This document shows, one piece after another, positions 1-11,607 of a stretch of 64,000 nt of DNA; the first letter of the stretch is position 1; every line of letters begins with the position of its first letter. The notes beneath the pieces were generated by a model. That model searched no databases. It saw only the letters and a list, made by a program, of their open reading frames with translations, and was not told the origin of the DNA. The DNA lies in contig CAWIIP010000002.1 of assembly GCA_963836235.1 (NCBI GenBank), positions 1,504,001 to 1,568,000 on the forward strand. Direction: 5' to 3'. The translations under genes and the position numbers were made by a program. The stretch comes from an uncultured Pseudomonadota bacterium (GTDB taxonomy: Bacteria; Oederibacteriota; Muellerivitia; Muellerivitales; Muellerivitaceae).

Positions 1-976
<976 letters not shown>

Positions 977-991
977 GGGGAGCCAAGATCG

Positions 992-1903
992 ATGTCCGAA
1001 AAAATTGTTTTACAGACCAATATTCCCGGAGTGCCGGAACCCAAGCGCGGCAAAGTGAGGGATATCTATGACCTGGGGGACAAGCTCCTCATCGTCGTCA
1101 CTGACCGCATTTCAGCTTTTGACGTGATCATGCCCAACGGCATCCCGAACAAGGGCGTTGTCTTAAACCAGATTTCCCATTATTGGTTCAAGCAGGTGGA
1201 AGGAATCATTCCCAACCATGTCATCTCCACGGAACTTTCCACCCTACCGGAGCCCTTTCAAAAGGCCAAGGACCAGCTTTTAAACCGCTCGATGATCGTC
1301 AAAAAAGCGCAACCGCTTCCCGCCGAATGCATCGTGCGGGGTTACCTGACGGGTTCGGGTCTGAAGGAATACCAGAAGAGCGGCAAGGTCTGCGGTATCG
1401 AATTACCGAGGGGTTTAGTGGAGTCCTCCCGCATCGCCGAACCCATTTTCACCCCTTCCACCAAGGCGGAAGAAGGGCATGACCTCAATATTTCCTTCGA
1501 GGAAATGAAAAAGATCCTCAAGGACGATAGGTTGGCCCAGAAGGTGAAAGATGTCAGCTTGTCTATTTACCAGAAGGGACGGGATGTGGCCGACGCCAAG
1601 GGGATTATTATTGCCGATACCAAATTTGAGTTTGGATTATTGAATGGGGAATTGATCCTCATCGACGAGGTCATGACCCCCGATTCTTCCCGCTTCTGGC
1701 CCAAGGCTGAATACAAAGAAGGCGTCTCCCAAAAAAGTTTTGATAAACAATTCGTGAGGGATTACTTGGAAACCCTGAAAGACTGGAACAAGACTCCACC
1801 CGGTCCGGTTTTGCCCGAAGAAATAGTGGCTAAAACCCGTGAAAAATACGTGGACGCCTATGAGCGGATCACCGGCAAAAAATTCGGGGATTTCCGCTTT
1901 TAA
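992..1903 (+). CDS. purC: Phosphoribosylaminoimidazole-succinocarboxamide (SAICAR) synthase
   Basis: [64 protein letters not shown]. Confidence 0.97.
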   Translation: MSEKIVLQTNIPGVPEPKRGKVRDIYDLGDKLLIVVTDRISAFDVIMPNGIPNKGVVLNQISHYWFKQVEGIIPNHVISTELSTLPEPFQKAKDQLLNRSMIVKKAQPLPAECIVRGYLTGSGLKEYQKSGKVCGIELPRGLVESSRIAEPIFTPSTKAEEGHDLNISFEEMKKILKDDRLAQKVKDVSLSIYQKGRDVADAKGIIIADTKFEFGLLNGELILIDEVMTPDSSRFWPKAEYKEGVSQKSFDKQFVRDYLETLKDWNKTPPGPVLPEEIVAKTREKYVDAYERITGKKFGDFRF

Positions 1904-1992
1904 TTTGCCGTTTAAAAAAACAAAAGCCGGGCTTTACCCCGCACCAGTCCCCGGTACAATAGTACAGCTCGCAAGAACCAAGGAGGATTAAG

Positions 1993-2529
1993 TTGAATCC
2001 AAGCGAAACGCCTTTTAATTTTCATCTTTTTCTCACCAACCTGGGGAATTGGCTTTTTTCCAATACCTGGTCCTGGTGGGCCGCGGGGCTTGGGATCGGG
2101 CTGACCGCCTTGGGACTGGCTTGGTTTACCGGAAAGCGATTGGGCGTGACGGGGGGCTTTGTGGAAGCCATTTCGGCCGCCGTTCCCGAGTCTTCCAGTA
2201 AAGTTTCATCCTCTCCTTGGAAATTTTGGTTCATCATCGGAATCGTTTTTGGCGGGGCCCTGGCTACCTTGGGCCATTGGAACTGGACTTGGCTTTACGG
2301 CCGCTTGGACGCCATCACTTACGGCAGTCTTTTCTTCAAGAGCCTCTGGCTGCTGGTGGGAGGATTCCTGGTGGGATTTGGCGCCCGTTGGGCCGGCGGT
2401 TGCGTGAGCGGCAACAGCCTCATGGGAATTTCTACCGGCAATAAGATGGCCATGTTGGTGACAGTCGGCTTTCTCGCGGCGGGGATTTTAGTCACTAATA
2501 TTATTTTCTCTTTATTCAGGGTGATGTAA
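1993..2529 (+). CDS. YeeE/YedE family sulfur-compound (thiosulfate) transporter, first half
   Basis: Hydrophobic protein with LGVTGG and GGFLVGFGARWAGGCVSG motifs. Confidence 0.85.
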   Translation: MNPSETPFNFHLFLTNLGNWLFSNTWSWWAAGLGIGLTALGLAWFTGKRLGVTGGFVEAISAAVPESSSKVSSSPWKFWFIIGIVFGGALATLGHWNWTWLYGRLDAITYGSLFFKSLWLLVGGFLVGFGARWAGGCVSGNSLMGISTGNKMAMLVTVGFLAAGILVTNIIFSLFRVM

Positions 2530-3087
2530 ATGGCCACCAAAAAACAAACCCCCATACGAAGAAAAGCGGTTAGGAAACCAGCCATGAAAACCTCAACTCC
2601 TGCCAGGAACCAAAGTACCAATCCCCTCCCCTATCTTGGTTTTGGGGTTCTTTTTGGATACTTTCTTTCCAAGGCCGGAGCAACGGATTATGACACGGTC
2701 ATCAATATGTTCCGTCCGAGCGATGTTCATATCGACAAGACTCCCGGTGGGTTTGTTTTTCACTTGGATTCCTTGCGGCTTTACGGCGTTATCGGCATGG
2801 CGATCGCGGTGATCGCTTTGAGACTTTTTCTTTTGGAAAATAGCCAGAAGCCCACATTGTCCGGAAAAAAGCTGGACTGGGAGCCCTTGAAGTGGGATCC
2901 CGACCGGCTTATCGGCGCTTTCATCTTTGGAGCGGGATGGGCTTTGACGGGGACTTGCCCCGGAACTTCCTTGGCCCAAATCGGTGAAGGAAAATTGGTA
3001 GCGATCTTCACCGTCATTGGTATCGTGGCAGGTGTTTGGGCTTATCCGAAATATAAACCCGATTCCACCAAAGAAACGGTTTGTTGA
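2530..3087 (+). CDS. YeeE/YedE family transporter, second half
   Basis: GVLFG..L.KAG and IGAFIFGAGWALTGTCPG motifs. It directly abuts the first-half gene. Confidence 0.85.
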   Translation: MATKKQTPIRRKAVRKPAMKTSTPARNQSTNPLPYLGFGVLFGYFLSKAGATDYDTVINMFRPSDVHIDKTPGGFVFHLDSLRLYGVIGMAIAVIALRLFLLENSQKPTLSGKKLDWEPLKWDPDRLIGAFIFGAGWALTGTCPGTSLAQIGEGKLVAIFTVIGIVAGVWAYPKYKPDSTKETVC

Positions 3088-3827
3088 GATTCTCGGGTCT
3101 CTGTTTTTTCCTGACTTTTTGTTTTTTGTTTTCGTCCACGGCGGTTTCCCAAGCGGATGAGCCCTGGCAATCTCCCGACTCCGATACGTCTTTGGGGCAT
3201 TTCCCCTCAAAATTTCTCGCGGATATCCCGCATCTTTTCATTCCGGATAACGCCATTCCTTTTTTCACTGGAAGTTTATTAACCGTTTCCGATTGGGTTC
3301 TCTTTGACCAACAAAATAATCTAGAGCCTGATTTGAGAAGTTTAAATATTCAACCTTTGTTCGATTTTGGCGATTTTTATGGGGAGGGATGGGTGGAAGG
3401 AGGAGCCGCTTTGGGGAGTTGGTCCCTGGGAGCGATCACCCAGAACCTTCGGCTTCAGGAATTCGGCCGAGACGCCTGCGAAACTTTGGGCGCCTCTTTT
3501 ATCGTGGTGGAGGGTTTAAAAGTGGCGGTCAATCGGACCCGCCCGAACGGTAACTCTGACTCCTTTCCCTCAGGCCATTCCATTACGGCTTTTTGCGTGG
3601 CGCCGGTGGTCAATCGTTATTTTGGCTGGCAGGCGGGGATATCCGCCTACGTTTTGGCCACGGTGACGGCTTTCGCCAGGGTGGAGGGTGGTTATCATTA
3701 CTTGTCTGATGTTCTCGCCGGGGCTACGCTGGGGATCGTTATCGGCAACGCGGTGGTTTACGCCCCGAAGGACGTTTCTGTTTCGGCGGGACTTGGACAA
3801 ATGGACTTGAAGCTGGCTTTCAACTAA
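3081..3827 (+). CDS. PAP2 family phosphatase
   Basis: KVAVNRTRP (KxxxxxxRP), SFPSGH and ARVEGGYHYLSDV (SRxxxxxHxxxD) motifs, plus an N-terminal signal peptide. Confidence 0.9.
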   Translation: MLRFSGLCFFLTFCFLFSSTAVSQADEPWQSPDSDTSLGHFPSKFLADIPHLFIPDNAIPFFTGSLLTVSDWVLFDQQNNLEPDLRSLNIQPLFDFGDFYGEGWVEGGAALGSWSLGAITQNLRLQEFGRDACETLGASFIVVEGLKVAVNRTRPNGNSDSFPSGHSITAFCVAPVVNRYFGWQAGISAYVLATVTAFARVEGGYHYLSDVLAGATLGIVIGNAVVYAPKDVSVSAGLGQMDLKLAFN

Positions 3828-5556
3828 CTTTTTCCAGGTGCTCCAGTTCCTTTCCGACTTCTTCCATGAGCGGTTCGATCATTTTCAGGCTGAAATCAAA
3901 TTGGATACCGGCGGATTTGAAAATCTCCGGCAAGGGTTGGCTGCCACCCACAGATAACCCCTGTTTGTATAGGCGCACGCCTTCGGTCTTGTCCTTACGG
4001 AAATTTTTCCAAACTTGCAGGGCGCCCAATTGCGCGATGCCATATTCAATGTAATAGAAGGGATATTCAAATATATGAAGCTGTCGATGCCAAAGGTAGG
4101 ATTGTATTTCTTCCAGTCCACTCCAATCCTCAAGGCCTCCCAAGCGATGGCGTAAATCCAGCCAGTAATTGGACCGTTCTTTTCGGCTATGGTTGGGGTG
4201 GGTATAAATCCAATGTTGAAAGGCGTCCACCGTGGCGATCCAAGGAAGCAGGATAATCACATCCTCCAAATGACGGATGGTGGATCGAGCGGCTTCCCGA
4301 GAATTGGGATAAAACTCATCCAAATAGGGATCGGCCATCAATTCCATGCTCATGGAAGCCACTTCGCAGAATTCCATGGGTGCGTGGCGGTAGGGGGAAA
4401 AGGAAATATTTCGCCAGGCAAAACTATGCATGGCATGGCCGCTTTCATGAAGCAATGTACGAACATCATGGTCCAGCCCCACCGCGTTAGCAAAAATAAA
4501 AGGAATGCGGGCTTCTTCCAAATCGGCTTGATAACCACCGGGAGCTTTGCCTTTGCGGGATTCCAAGTCCAAAAGGCCCAATTCCTTCATCCGCTTAAAG
4601 TTTTTCCCGAAGTCTGGGTCAATTTTCGATAATATCTTTTCACAATCTGCGACGAGTTTTTCAGTATTTTCAAAGGGTTTTAGGGGAGGCAACCCATCTG
4701 GGTCCACGGAAAGATCCCAGGGCCGCAATGCGGATAATCCCATCTTTTTTTTCCGCTTTTCCTGTATTTTGATGACCAAGGGACGGATGGTCTTCTCGGC
4801 GCTTTCATGAAAAGTTTCGCAGTCTTTTGGACTGTAATCAAAACGTTCCTTGCGGCGAAAGATATAGTCCCGGTAATCAAGGAAACCCGCGTTTTCGGCA
4901 GCTCTGGCGCGAAGCTTAAGCATCTTGTCAAAGAGGTCCTCAAGGAAGTCTTTATCGTTTAAGCGCCTTTTCGCCACTAACCTCCAGGCTTCCTCCCGCT
5001 GAACCCTGTTAGTCGACTCTAAATAACGTCCCATCTGTTGAAGTGTTTGTTCTTTGCCTTCGTATTGCACACTCATGGCCCCATTTTGCTTCTGGTATTC
5101 CTGGGAAAGTTTTTCCAGCTCGGTTTCCAAGAGGATGTTTTCCTCCCGGTATAAAGCCAGGTCGTTTCCGATGGAACGATTGTAAAGGAAATACTCTCTT
5201 TGCGGAAGCGAGGCTCGGTGAGGACATTCCCAATATTTTTTGGAGAGGGCGAAGAATTTGGGTTTGCTGGGTTCGGAGATTTTTTCGAGAAAATCCAGGT
5301 AGCTTTTCTCGATTTCGGAGTCGTTGGTTTTGCAGGTCATGCGGACATAGCGAACAGACCCTTCCTGATTTAAGCAATCTTGTAATTCCCCCAGATCCTT
5401 CAACCATTTCTCTAAATCTCCGGAAGATAAAAGATCCCGGTTTTGGAGCTCCTCGAAAATTTTTTCGACTATTACCCAACTTCCAAGATCGGCTTTCAAC
5501 GGAACAAACTGGCGGGGATAGGGATGGGGAAGCGTTTGGGCATCCAAGAGGGCCAT
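3820..5556 (-). CDS. M3 family oligoendopeptidase (PepF-like)
   Basis: LLHESGH (HExxH), GKAPGGY, EVASMSMEL, WHRQLHIF...PFYYIEY. Confidence 0.93.
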   Translation of the reverse strand: MALLDAQTLPHPYPRQFVPLKADLGSWVIVEKIFEELQNRDLLSSGDLEKWLKDLGELQDCLNQEGSVRYVRMTCKTNDSEIEKSYLDFLEKISEPSKPKFFALSKKYWECPHRASLPQREYFLYNRSIGNDLALYREENILLETELEKLSQEYQKQNGAMSVQYEGKEQTLQQMGRYLESTNRVQREEAWRLVAKRRLNDKDFLEDLFDKMLKLRARAAENAGFLDYRDYIFRRKERFDYSPKDCETFHESAEKTIRPLVIKIQEKRKKKMGLSALRPWDLSVDPDGLPPLKPFENTEKLVADCEKILSKIDPDFGKNFKRMKELGLLDLESRKGKAPGGYQADLEEARIPFIFANAVGLDHDVRTLLHESGHAMHSFAWRNISFSPYRHAPMEFCEVASMSMELMADPYLDEFYPNSREAARSTIRHLEDVIILLPWIATVDAFQHWIYTHPNHSRKERSNYWLDLRHRLGGLEDWSGLEEIQSYLWHRQLHIFEYPFYYIEYGIAQLGALQVWKNFRKDKTEGVRLYKQGLSVGGSQPLPEIFKSAGIQFDFSLKMIEPLMEEVGKELEHLEKVS

Positions 5557-5654
5557 TTTATTTTCCTTTGGTTAATCAGGCGCGCGGGCACTTTATCAAA
5601 AGCCCATGGGGAAAAAAAGCTGTATGATAAAACCGTTCAGGGAGGACAGCTCTT

Positions 5655-6125
5655 ATGCGTTGGATGGCGGTCTTATTTATAGCAGCGACCCTGACCGGGT
5701 GCAATTTAAGCGACCGGGGCCTTTCAAAACTCCAAGTCGCGGAAGATCTGATGCTGGGCGCTAACATGGAAGACAGCAAACAGCAATGGTTTCTGTATTC
5801 CACCAAAGAGCTGGTTGTGGACCAATTGATGAGCACTGACTCCGATATCGTCTATCGCGGCGTCAGTCGGGACCCGGCGGTCACGGGCTTTTATTTTTTC
5901 TTCAATTCTAAAACAAAAATTCTTCACCAAATTGAATGGCGTTATCAATCCAGTATGACGGAAGCCAAAGAAAAAGAACTTTTAGACTATTGGGCGAAAA
6001 AACTTTGGAATCCTTCTTATCACCAGCGGTGGGAAGGCAAGGTTTATGTTTGGGATGACCGAAAAGCTCAGTTGCAACTCTACTTGGCCGATGGGATTTG
6101 TCATTTGATCCAAAAGTTAAATTGA
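5655..6125 (+). CDS. Hypothetical lipoprotein
   Basis: Lipobox LTGC after a hydrophobic signal, with a GGAGG Shine-Dalgarno upstream. Confidence 0.7.
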   Translation: MRWMAVLFIAATLTGCNLSDRGLSKLQVAEDLMLGANMEDSKQQWFLYSTKELVVDQLMSTDSDIVYRGVSRDPAVTGFYFFFNSKTKILHQIEWRYQSSMTEAKEKELLDYWAKKLWNPSYHQRWEGKVYVWDDRKAQLQLYLADGICHLIQKLN

Positions 6126-6267
6126 ATCCATCAGATATTCCAATGTTCGACATTTGAGAGGGGTATCGTTATAATCGGCCCATGTACCGATTTACATTAT
6201 TTTATATTTTAAAGAATTCGGCACTATACCGACCAACTTACAACATTTTGAATAATGAAGGGTCGGC

Positions 6268-7308
6268 ATGACGATTTATTCTTATTCCCGTATCAATACC
6301 TATTTTACTTGCCCCGCCCAGTTTCAATTCCGTTATATCGAAAAAAGACCCTCACCCGTTGCGGAGGGGATTGAACTTTTTCTCGGGTCCCGCTTCCACG
6401 AGACCATGGAGTTCCTTTACCATCAGATTCCAAAACGAGTTCCAACCGTCAATGAGATGGTGGATTATTTCAAGAATCATTGGGAAAAGCATTGGCAACA
6501 ATCCCTTCAAAAACAAAAAGACAAAAACTTCAAAGTAACCTTAAGAATCGTTAATGAAGGGCAATCGGCGGAGGATTATTTCCAAAAAGGCCTGCTTTTT
6601 GTTGAAAACTATTACCACCAATATCACCCCTTTGACCAAGACAAGACCGAGGGCATCGAGTTAAGAGTCGCCTTTGATTTGGATTCAAAAGGTGAATATA
6701 AAATGCAAGGTTTTATTGACCGATTAGGAAGGGACGATGAAGGGACCCTTTGGATTCACGACTATAAAACCAGTTCTCGTAAGATGTCAGAAGAGGACGT
6801 GAAAACGGAAGACCAATTGGCTCTTTACCAGATTGGTTTGACCCAAAATCACCGGTACGGGCCAGCTGAAAAGATTAAATTAATTTGGCACTTTGTAGCG
6901 TTTGAGAAAGACCAAGTCATCGGGGAAAGGAATCCAAAGGAGATTGGTTGGCTTAAGGAAAAATATATCTCCAAGATTCAAACGATCGAGAAAGCCAAAA
7001 CTTATCCAACCAAGCCCGGAGTTCTTTGCTCCTGGTGCGAATACCTGACGGTTTGCGCGGATGGTCAGCAATTCGTGTCCAATCGAAAGAAAAAATATGA
7101 TGATCGGGAATCCATATCCACTACTTCGATAGGCTCAGCCAAGATTAATGAATCTCCAACACCGTCGGTTTCCTTGATGGAGAAACCTAAAAGCGATTTA
7201 ATGCCTATCTCTGACAACTTGCCGATTTCAAACATTTCTACGTTAAAAACAAGGCGAAAAAAAGGTTCACGTGGAGAAGTTTCGCCTGACCAACTAACTC
7301 TTTTTTAA
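6268..7308 (+). CDS. PD-(D/E)XK nuclease family protein (RecB/AddB-nuclease-like, probable Fe-S staple)
   Basis: YSYSRINTYFTCP, GFIDRL, IHDYKTS, QLALY and CSWCEYLTVC motifs, followed by a low-complexity C-terminal tail. Confidence 0.88.
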   Translation: MTIYSYSRINTYFTCPAQFQFRYIEKRPSPVAEGIELFLGSRFHETMEFLYHQIPKRVPTVNEMVDYFKNHWEKHWQQSLQKQKDKNFKVTLRIVNEGQSAEDYFQKGLLFVENYYHQYHPFDQDKTEGIELRVAFDLDSKGEYKMQGFIDRLGRDDEGTLWIHDYKTSSRKMSEEDVKTEDQLALYQIGLTQNHRYGPAEKIKLIWHFVAFEKDQVIGERNPKEIGWLKEKYISKIQTIEKAKTYPTKPGVLCSWCEYLTVCADGQQFVSNRKKKYDDRESISTTSIGSAKINESPTPSVSLMEKPKSDLMPISDNLPISNISTLKTRRKKGSRGEVSPDQLTLF

Positions 7309-7528
7309 GTCGGCCATCAGAACAACAAAAATTAGTCAAATAATCGGCAATAAATATGACTTTTCAAAAAGAAGGAAGATATTTAGGCAAATAGCAGATT
7401 CAATAACCTGGCTGGATGAAGCCACTAGAAAAATATTCTTATGCTATTTTTATTAAAGGATTAACCTATGACACGCATTATTTATTCCGAGAAAAGTAGT
7501 GTTATAAAAGCGCCCCCAAAGAGTCAAA

Positions 7529-8947
7529 ATGGCAAATACCACGGGAAAAGATACTTTTATTGTCTGTCGTAACAGCCAAGGCATGGAATTCCGTGCCACC
7601 CTCCTGAGGCTGACGCGGTACATGGTCGTTTTTGAAGTTTATAATCCTTATAGCATCCTCCAATTGTCCGAAGTTTTAACTGATTTTAAACTCATCATGA
7701 ATGACCGGATTGTTTATTCGGGCCGGGCTGTCGTCAGTAATCTTTTGAATACTGGAATCATGCTCGTTTGCGAAGCCACCTTAGAAGATGCTTGGCTGGA
7801 TGTGGATGTATTTTCTCCAACACAGAAGGGCGACTGGTTAGAGGCCGAATTCGCCGAATTCCTTAAAGAGTGGGAAAAGGTCCGGCAGGTTCAGCCAGAA
7901 TTTAAAGTGATCGTAGCCGATATCCAAACCATGTTGATGGATCTTCGGCGTTGGCTGGAACAAGTGGAATTAAGCATTCGCGCCGAGCCGGGAAGGGACC
8001 GGTTGAAAATGGAAGTTGATATTCTTGAGAACCTGAAGAAACCCGTGATTCCAACCGTGACGTCTATTTTTCAGCAATTTGAAGAAGCCGCCTGTCAGAT
8101 TGAGGAAGACTTGCAGCCAGTACATCGTTCCTACGTCAAACGACAAATCCATTGGTTGATCCTTTGCTCGCCTTTTATCTACCGCACTTTTCAAAAACCC
8201 ATGGGATACGCGGGAGATTATGAAACGGTAGATATGATTTTCCGGCCTCCTCATGAGGGAGGATCGCTTTTCGCCAAAATATTGAACTTGTATATCTTGA
8301 GCCGGGCCCCCGCCGAGGCTCATCGAAACCGAGTGAAGTACATGACGGAACTTTTAAGCCGAGAGACCCGGAGGGTTGCGCTTCAAGGACGAAAGGCCCT
8401 TATTTTTAACTTAGGATGTGGCCCAGCGCGTGAAGTCCGGGATTTTCTGAGGGAAGACGAATTGTGCGAGAAAGCCCGCTTGATCCTGGTGGACTTCAAC
8501 GAGGAAACCCTGATCAATGCCGGTGGCATCTTGGAAAAAACAAAAAAGGAAAACAACCGAAGCACTGAAATTGAGTTAGTTAAAAAATCAGTACACCAAG
8601 TTTTGAAGGAATCACTCAAGGGCTTTGGATCAAATCCCGATGGAAAGTTTGATTTCATTTATTGTGCGGGACTTTTTGACTACCTTTCCGACCGTATTTG
8701 TAAAAGACTTATGACTATTTTTTATCAATCCCTAACGCCAGGAGGGATTGTGGTGGCTACAAATGTGGATCCTTCCAATCCTATCCGATATTTGATGGAT
8801 TACGTATTAGAATGGCACTTGGTTTACCGTGACGCGGCCCAATTTAAGCTTTTAGCCCCGGATGAGGCTCCCCCGGATGCCGTGTTGGTAAAGTCGGAAG
8901 TTACGGGAGTCAATCTCTTTCTCGAAATAAGGAAACCCGAACCATGA
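7529..8947 (+). CDS. Class I SAM-dependent methyltransferase, PhcB-like (putative signal synthase)
   Basis: KPMGYAGD, AEAHRNR, NLGCGPARE (SAM motif I) and FDFIYCAGLFDYL. The length (472 aa) and the position upstream of a kinase and regulator match phcB. Confidence 0.75.
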   Translation: MANTTGKDTFIVCRNSQGMEFRATLLRLTRYMVVFEVYNPYSILQLSEVLTDFKLIMNDRIVYSGRAVVSNLLNTGIMLVCEATLEDAWLDVDVFSPTQKGDWLEAEFAEFLKEWEKVRQVQPEFKVIVADIQTMLMDLRRWLEQVELSIRAEPGRDRLKMEVDILENLKKPVIPTVTSIFQQFEEAACQIEEDLQPVHRSYVKRQIHWLILCSPFIYRTFQKPMGYAGDYETVDMIFRPPHEGGSLFAKILNLYILSRAPAEAHRNRVKYMTELLSRETRRVALQGRKALIFNLGCGPAREVRDFLREDELCEKARLILVDFNEETLINAGGILEKTKKENNRSTEIELVKKSVHQVLKESLKGFGSNPDGKFDFIYCAGLFDYLSDRICKRLMTIFYQSLTPGGIVVATNVDPSNPIRYLMDYVLEWHLVYRDAAQFKLLAPDEAPPDAVLVKSEVTGVNLFLEIRKPEP

Positions 8948-11580
8948 AATTTTCCGAGTTTTCACCCCTCTTACGAAGCGCCTTTATCAACGAAGAAAGG
9001 CGCGTTCGAATCGCGAATTCCAAGGGAGGGTGCTGGTTAGCCATCGTGCTCATGCCGGCCGGTTACAGTTTGGACGCGGGCCTTTATCCCGAGAAGGCGT
9101 TTCTATTCCTCAAGTTGCGGCTATTGTGCGCCCTTTTGGTTGGTGGCGTGTTGGCGGTTTTTTATACCAATATGGGCCGTCGTTTTTATAAGGTTTTGAG
9201 CCAGGTTTGGTACATCCTTCCACTCATGACCCTTTGTTGGATCATTTACGCCTCTAATGGGTATGCCTGCCCCCATTACTTAGGCCTTTATATCGTCCTT
9301 TTAGCTGTGGGTTTGATGCTTCCTTGGACTTATCAGGAGAATATTTTTGCTGGAGTTCTTGTCACTACCATGTATGTGGTCGCTTGTTGGCTCCATGGCC
9401 CCCATCCTCTCCCGGAAGAATTCAAATCCCATCTCTACTTCTTAATTCTCACCGACATCATCGTGATTACGGGCAGTTACTTCCAGGAACGCATCCGGTT
9501 GAGCGAGTTTGTTTTAAGGTTCGAGCTGAATGAGAACAAGCAAATGCTGGAAGAATCCAACCGCAAACTCGTGGAAGTCGACCAGATCAAAAGCCAGTTT
9601 TTCGCCAATATCAGCCACGAATTACGGACGCCTCTTACCCTTCTGATCGCACCCCTCGAAATGCTCCAATCGGAAAAAGCCCATCTTTTAGATAACGAAG
9701 CCCGTGATGTTTTGAAGACCATGCAAGAAAACGCAATGCGGCTCCTGAAGCTAATCAATGACCTATTAGACCTCGTTAAGTTAGAGTCCGGCCGGGTGGA
9801 AGTCCGTAAAGAGCCTCTGAAAGTCGAGGAGTTTATCAAAGGAGTGATTCTCTCGGTACAAGGTGCCGCCCGAGATAAAAGGGTTCATCTTTCCGCAAAC
9901 ATCGAAAAAGACTTAGGAACGCTCATGGCCGACCGCGATATGCTGGAAAAAATTATCTTGAATCTAGTCTTCAACTCGGTGAAATTCACGCCTGCCCGGG
10001 GAAAAGTCGAGCTTTCGGCAATAGCGGAAGGGAACTTTCTTGTCCTCAAAGTTGTGGATACGGGGATGGGTATTTCGGAACAAGACCTACCACATATCTT
10101 TGACCGCTTCTGGCAGGCGGATGCCTCCGCCCAACGCAAATACCAAGGAACCGGTATCGGTTTATCCCTCGTCAAGGAATTAACCGAAGCACAAGGCGGC
10201 ACGGTTACCGCCGAAAGCCAACTTGGGAAAGGAACAACCATGACCGTGAAAATTCCCATGGAAAAGACGGTTGAAGTTCTAGTTTCGGAATCGCAATTGG
10301 CTGGACAAGAGGATTCCACCCATATTCAATCCGCGGACTGGCTTACCAAACTTTATCGCCGCGCGGAACTTTTCCCAGCTATGACGCCGTTGGCCGCCAC
10401 CCTGCGCCCGAACGAATTTGGAAGGAGAAAAAGGCCGAAAGTTCTCATCGCCGACGACGAGCCGGATATGCTGCGATTTTTGAAAACCCAGATGGAAAAA
10501 TATTATGAAGTTTTAGAGGCGGTGGATGGTAAGCAGGCGGTGGAAAAAGCCCGCCAGTTCCTGCCCGACCTGATTGTCCTCGATATGATGATGCCGGAAA
10601 TGGACGGTATCGAAGCTTGTAAGGAAATCAAGGACTCTACCCCCACCCAAGCCATTCCCGTTATTCTCTTAACGGCCCGGGCTGACGATGAGACCAAGTT
10701 ATCCGCCTTAAACGCGGGAGCGAGCGATTTCCTGACCAAACCCTTTTCCACCACCGAGTTACATGTGCGAGTAAAAAACCTTGTGGAATCTTATCAATAT
10801 CAAAGGGACCTGACCCGGCAAAAAAGTGCACTAGAATCGACACTTGAACAATTAAAAGAAACAGAAGGACAACTGGTCCAAAATGAAAAGATGGCTTCCC
10901 TTGGACGTCTGAGCGCCGGTATCATCCATGAGATCAACAATCCTTTAAATTACGCCCATTCGGCACTCCATGTTTTGAGAATGAAAAAGGACCTTTTACC
11001 CCAGGGGGACCGGGAAAAATACGCCGAGGTCGTGGCCGATATCGAGGATGGGATCGGGCGGGTTCAACGAATTGTCTCGGATTTGAGAACTTTCACCCAC
11101 CCTAAATTCGGCGGGGCGGTGGATCTGGTCGAATTGGAGGAGATTATCACGACAGCCCTGCGTTTTTTAAGCTACGAATTGAAGGACAAGATCAGGGTGG
11201 ATTTAAAAATACAGAAAGACCAACGGGTCTTTGTGGACCGAAACAAACTGATTCAAGTTTTCGTGAATCTCTTCCAAAATTCGGCGGACGCATTGAAGGA
11301 GAAAAAATTTGAAGTAGAGGAACCTCTCTTGGTCATTCAAAGCCGAGAGGCGGACGGCAAGGCCTTGGTGAGCATCCGGGATAACGGGGCCGGAATCGCC
11401 CCGGAAAACCTGGACAAAATTTTCGACCCTTTTTTCACTACCAAAGACGTCGGCCAAGGGATGGGGTTGGGTTTGAGCCTCTGTTACAGGTTAATGGGTG
11501 ATCAAGGAGGAAGTATCGCGGTGAAGAGCGAGCAGGGCAAGTTCACCGAGGTTGATTTGGAGATACCGGCAAAGAAATAG
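8944..11580 (+). CDS. Membrane hybrid sensor histidine kinase (TM sensor-HisKA-HATPase-REC-HisKA-HATPase), PhcS-like
   Basis: Several N-terminal TM helices, [22 protein letters not shown] (ADDEPD, LDMMMP, FLTKP), a second H-box [10 protein letters not shown] and GMGLGL. ATGA overlap with the upstream gene. Confidence 0.9.
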   Translation: MKFSEFSPLLRSAFINEERRVRIANSKGGCWLAIVLMPAGYSLDAGLYPEKAFLFLKLRLLCALLVGGVLAVFYTNMGRRFYKVLSQVWYILPLMTLCWIIYASNGYACPHYLGLYIVLLAVGLMLPWTYQENIFAGVLVTTMYVVACWLHGPHPLPEEFKSHLYFLILTDIIVITGSYFQERIRLSEFVLRFELNENKQMLEESNRKLVEVDQIKSQFFANISHELRTPLTLLIAPLEMLQSEKAHLLDNEARDVLKTMQENAMRLLKLINDLLDLVKLESGRVEVRKEPLKVEEFIKGVILSVQGAARDKRVHLSANIEKDLGTLMADRDMLEKIILNLVFNSVKFTPARGKVELSAIAEGNFLVLKVVDTGMGISEQDLPHIFDRFWQADASAQRKYQGTGIGLSLVKELTEAQGGTVTAESQLGKGTTMTVKIPMEKTVEVLVSESQLAGQEDSTHIQSADWLTKLYRRAELFPAMTPLAATLRPNEFGRRKRPKVLIADDEPDMLRFLKTQMEKYYEVLEAVDGKQAVEKARQFLPDLIVLDMMMPEMDGIEACKEIKDSTPTQAIPVILLTARADDETKLSALNAGASDFLTKPFSTTELHVRVKNLVESYQYQRDLTRQKSALESTLEQLKETEGQLVQNEKMASLGRLSAGIIHEINNPLNYAHSALHVLRMKKDLLPQGDREKYAEVVADIEDGIGRVQRIVSDLRTFTHPKFGGAVDLVELEEIITTALRFLSYELKDKIRVDLKIQKDQRVFVDRNKLIQVFVNLFQNSADALKEKKFEVEEPLLVIQSREADGKALVSIRDNGAGIAPENLDKIFDPFFTTKDVGQGMGLGLSLCYRLMGDQGGSIAVKSEQGKFTEVDLEIPAKK

Positions 11581-11607
11581 AAGATGAGATCTCAAGGAGA
11601 TAAGTTT

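Noticed and set aside
6268-7308. Cas4 / CRISPR-Cas system
   Set aside because: No cas1/cas2 and no regularly spaced repeat-spacer array anywhere in the window. The protein fits a solo PD-(D/E)XK nuclease.
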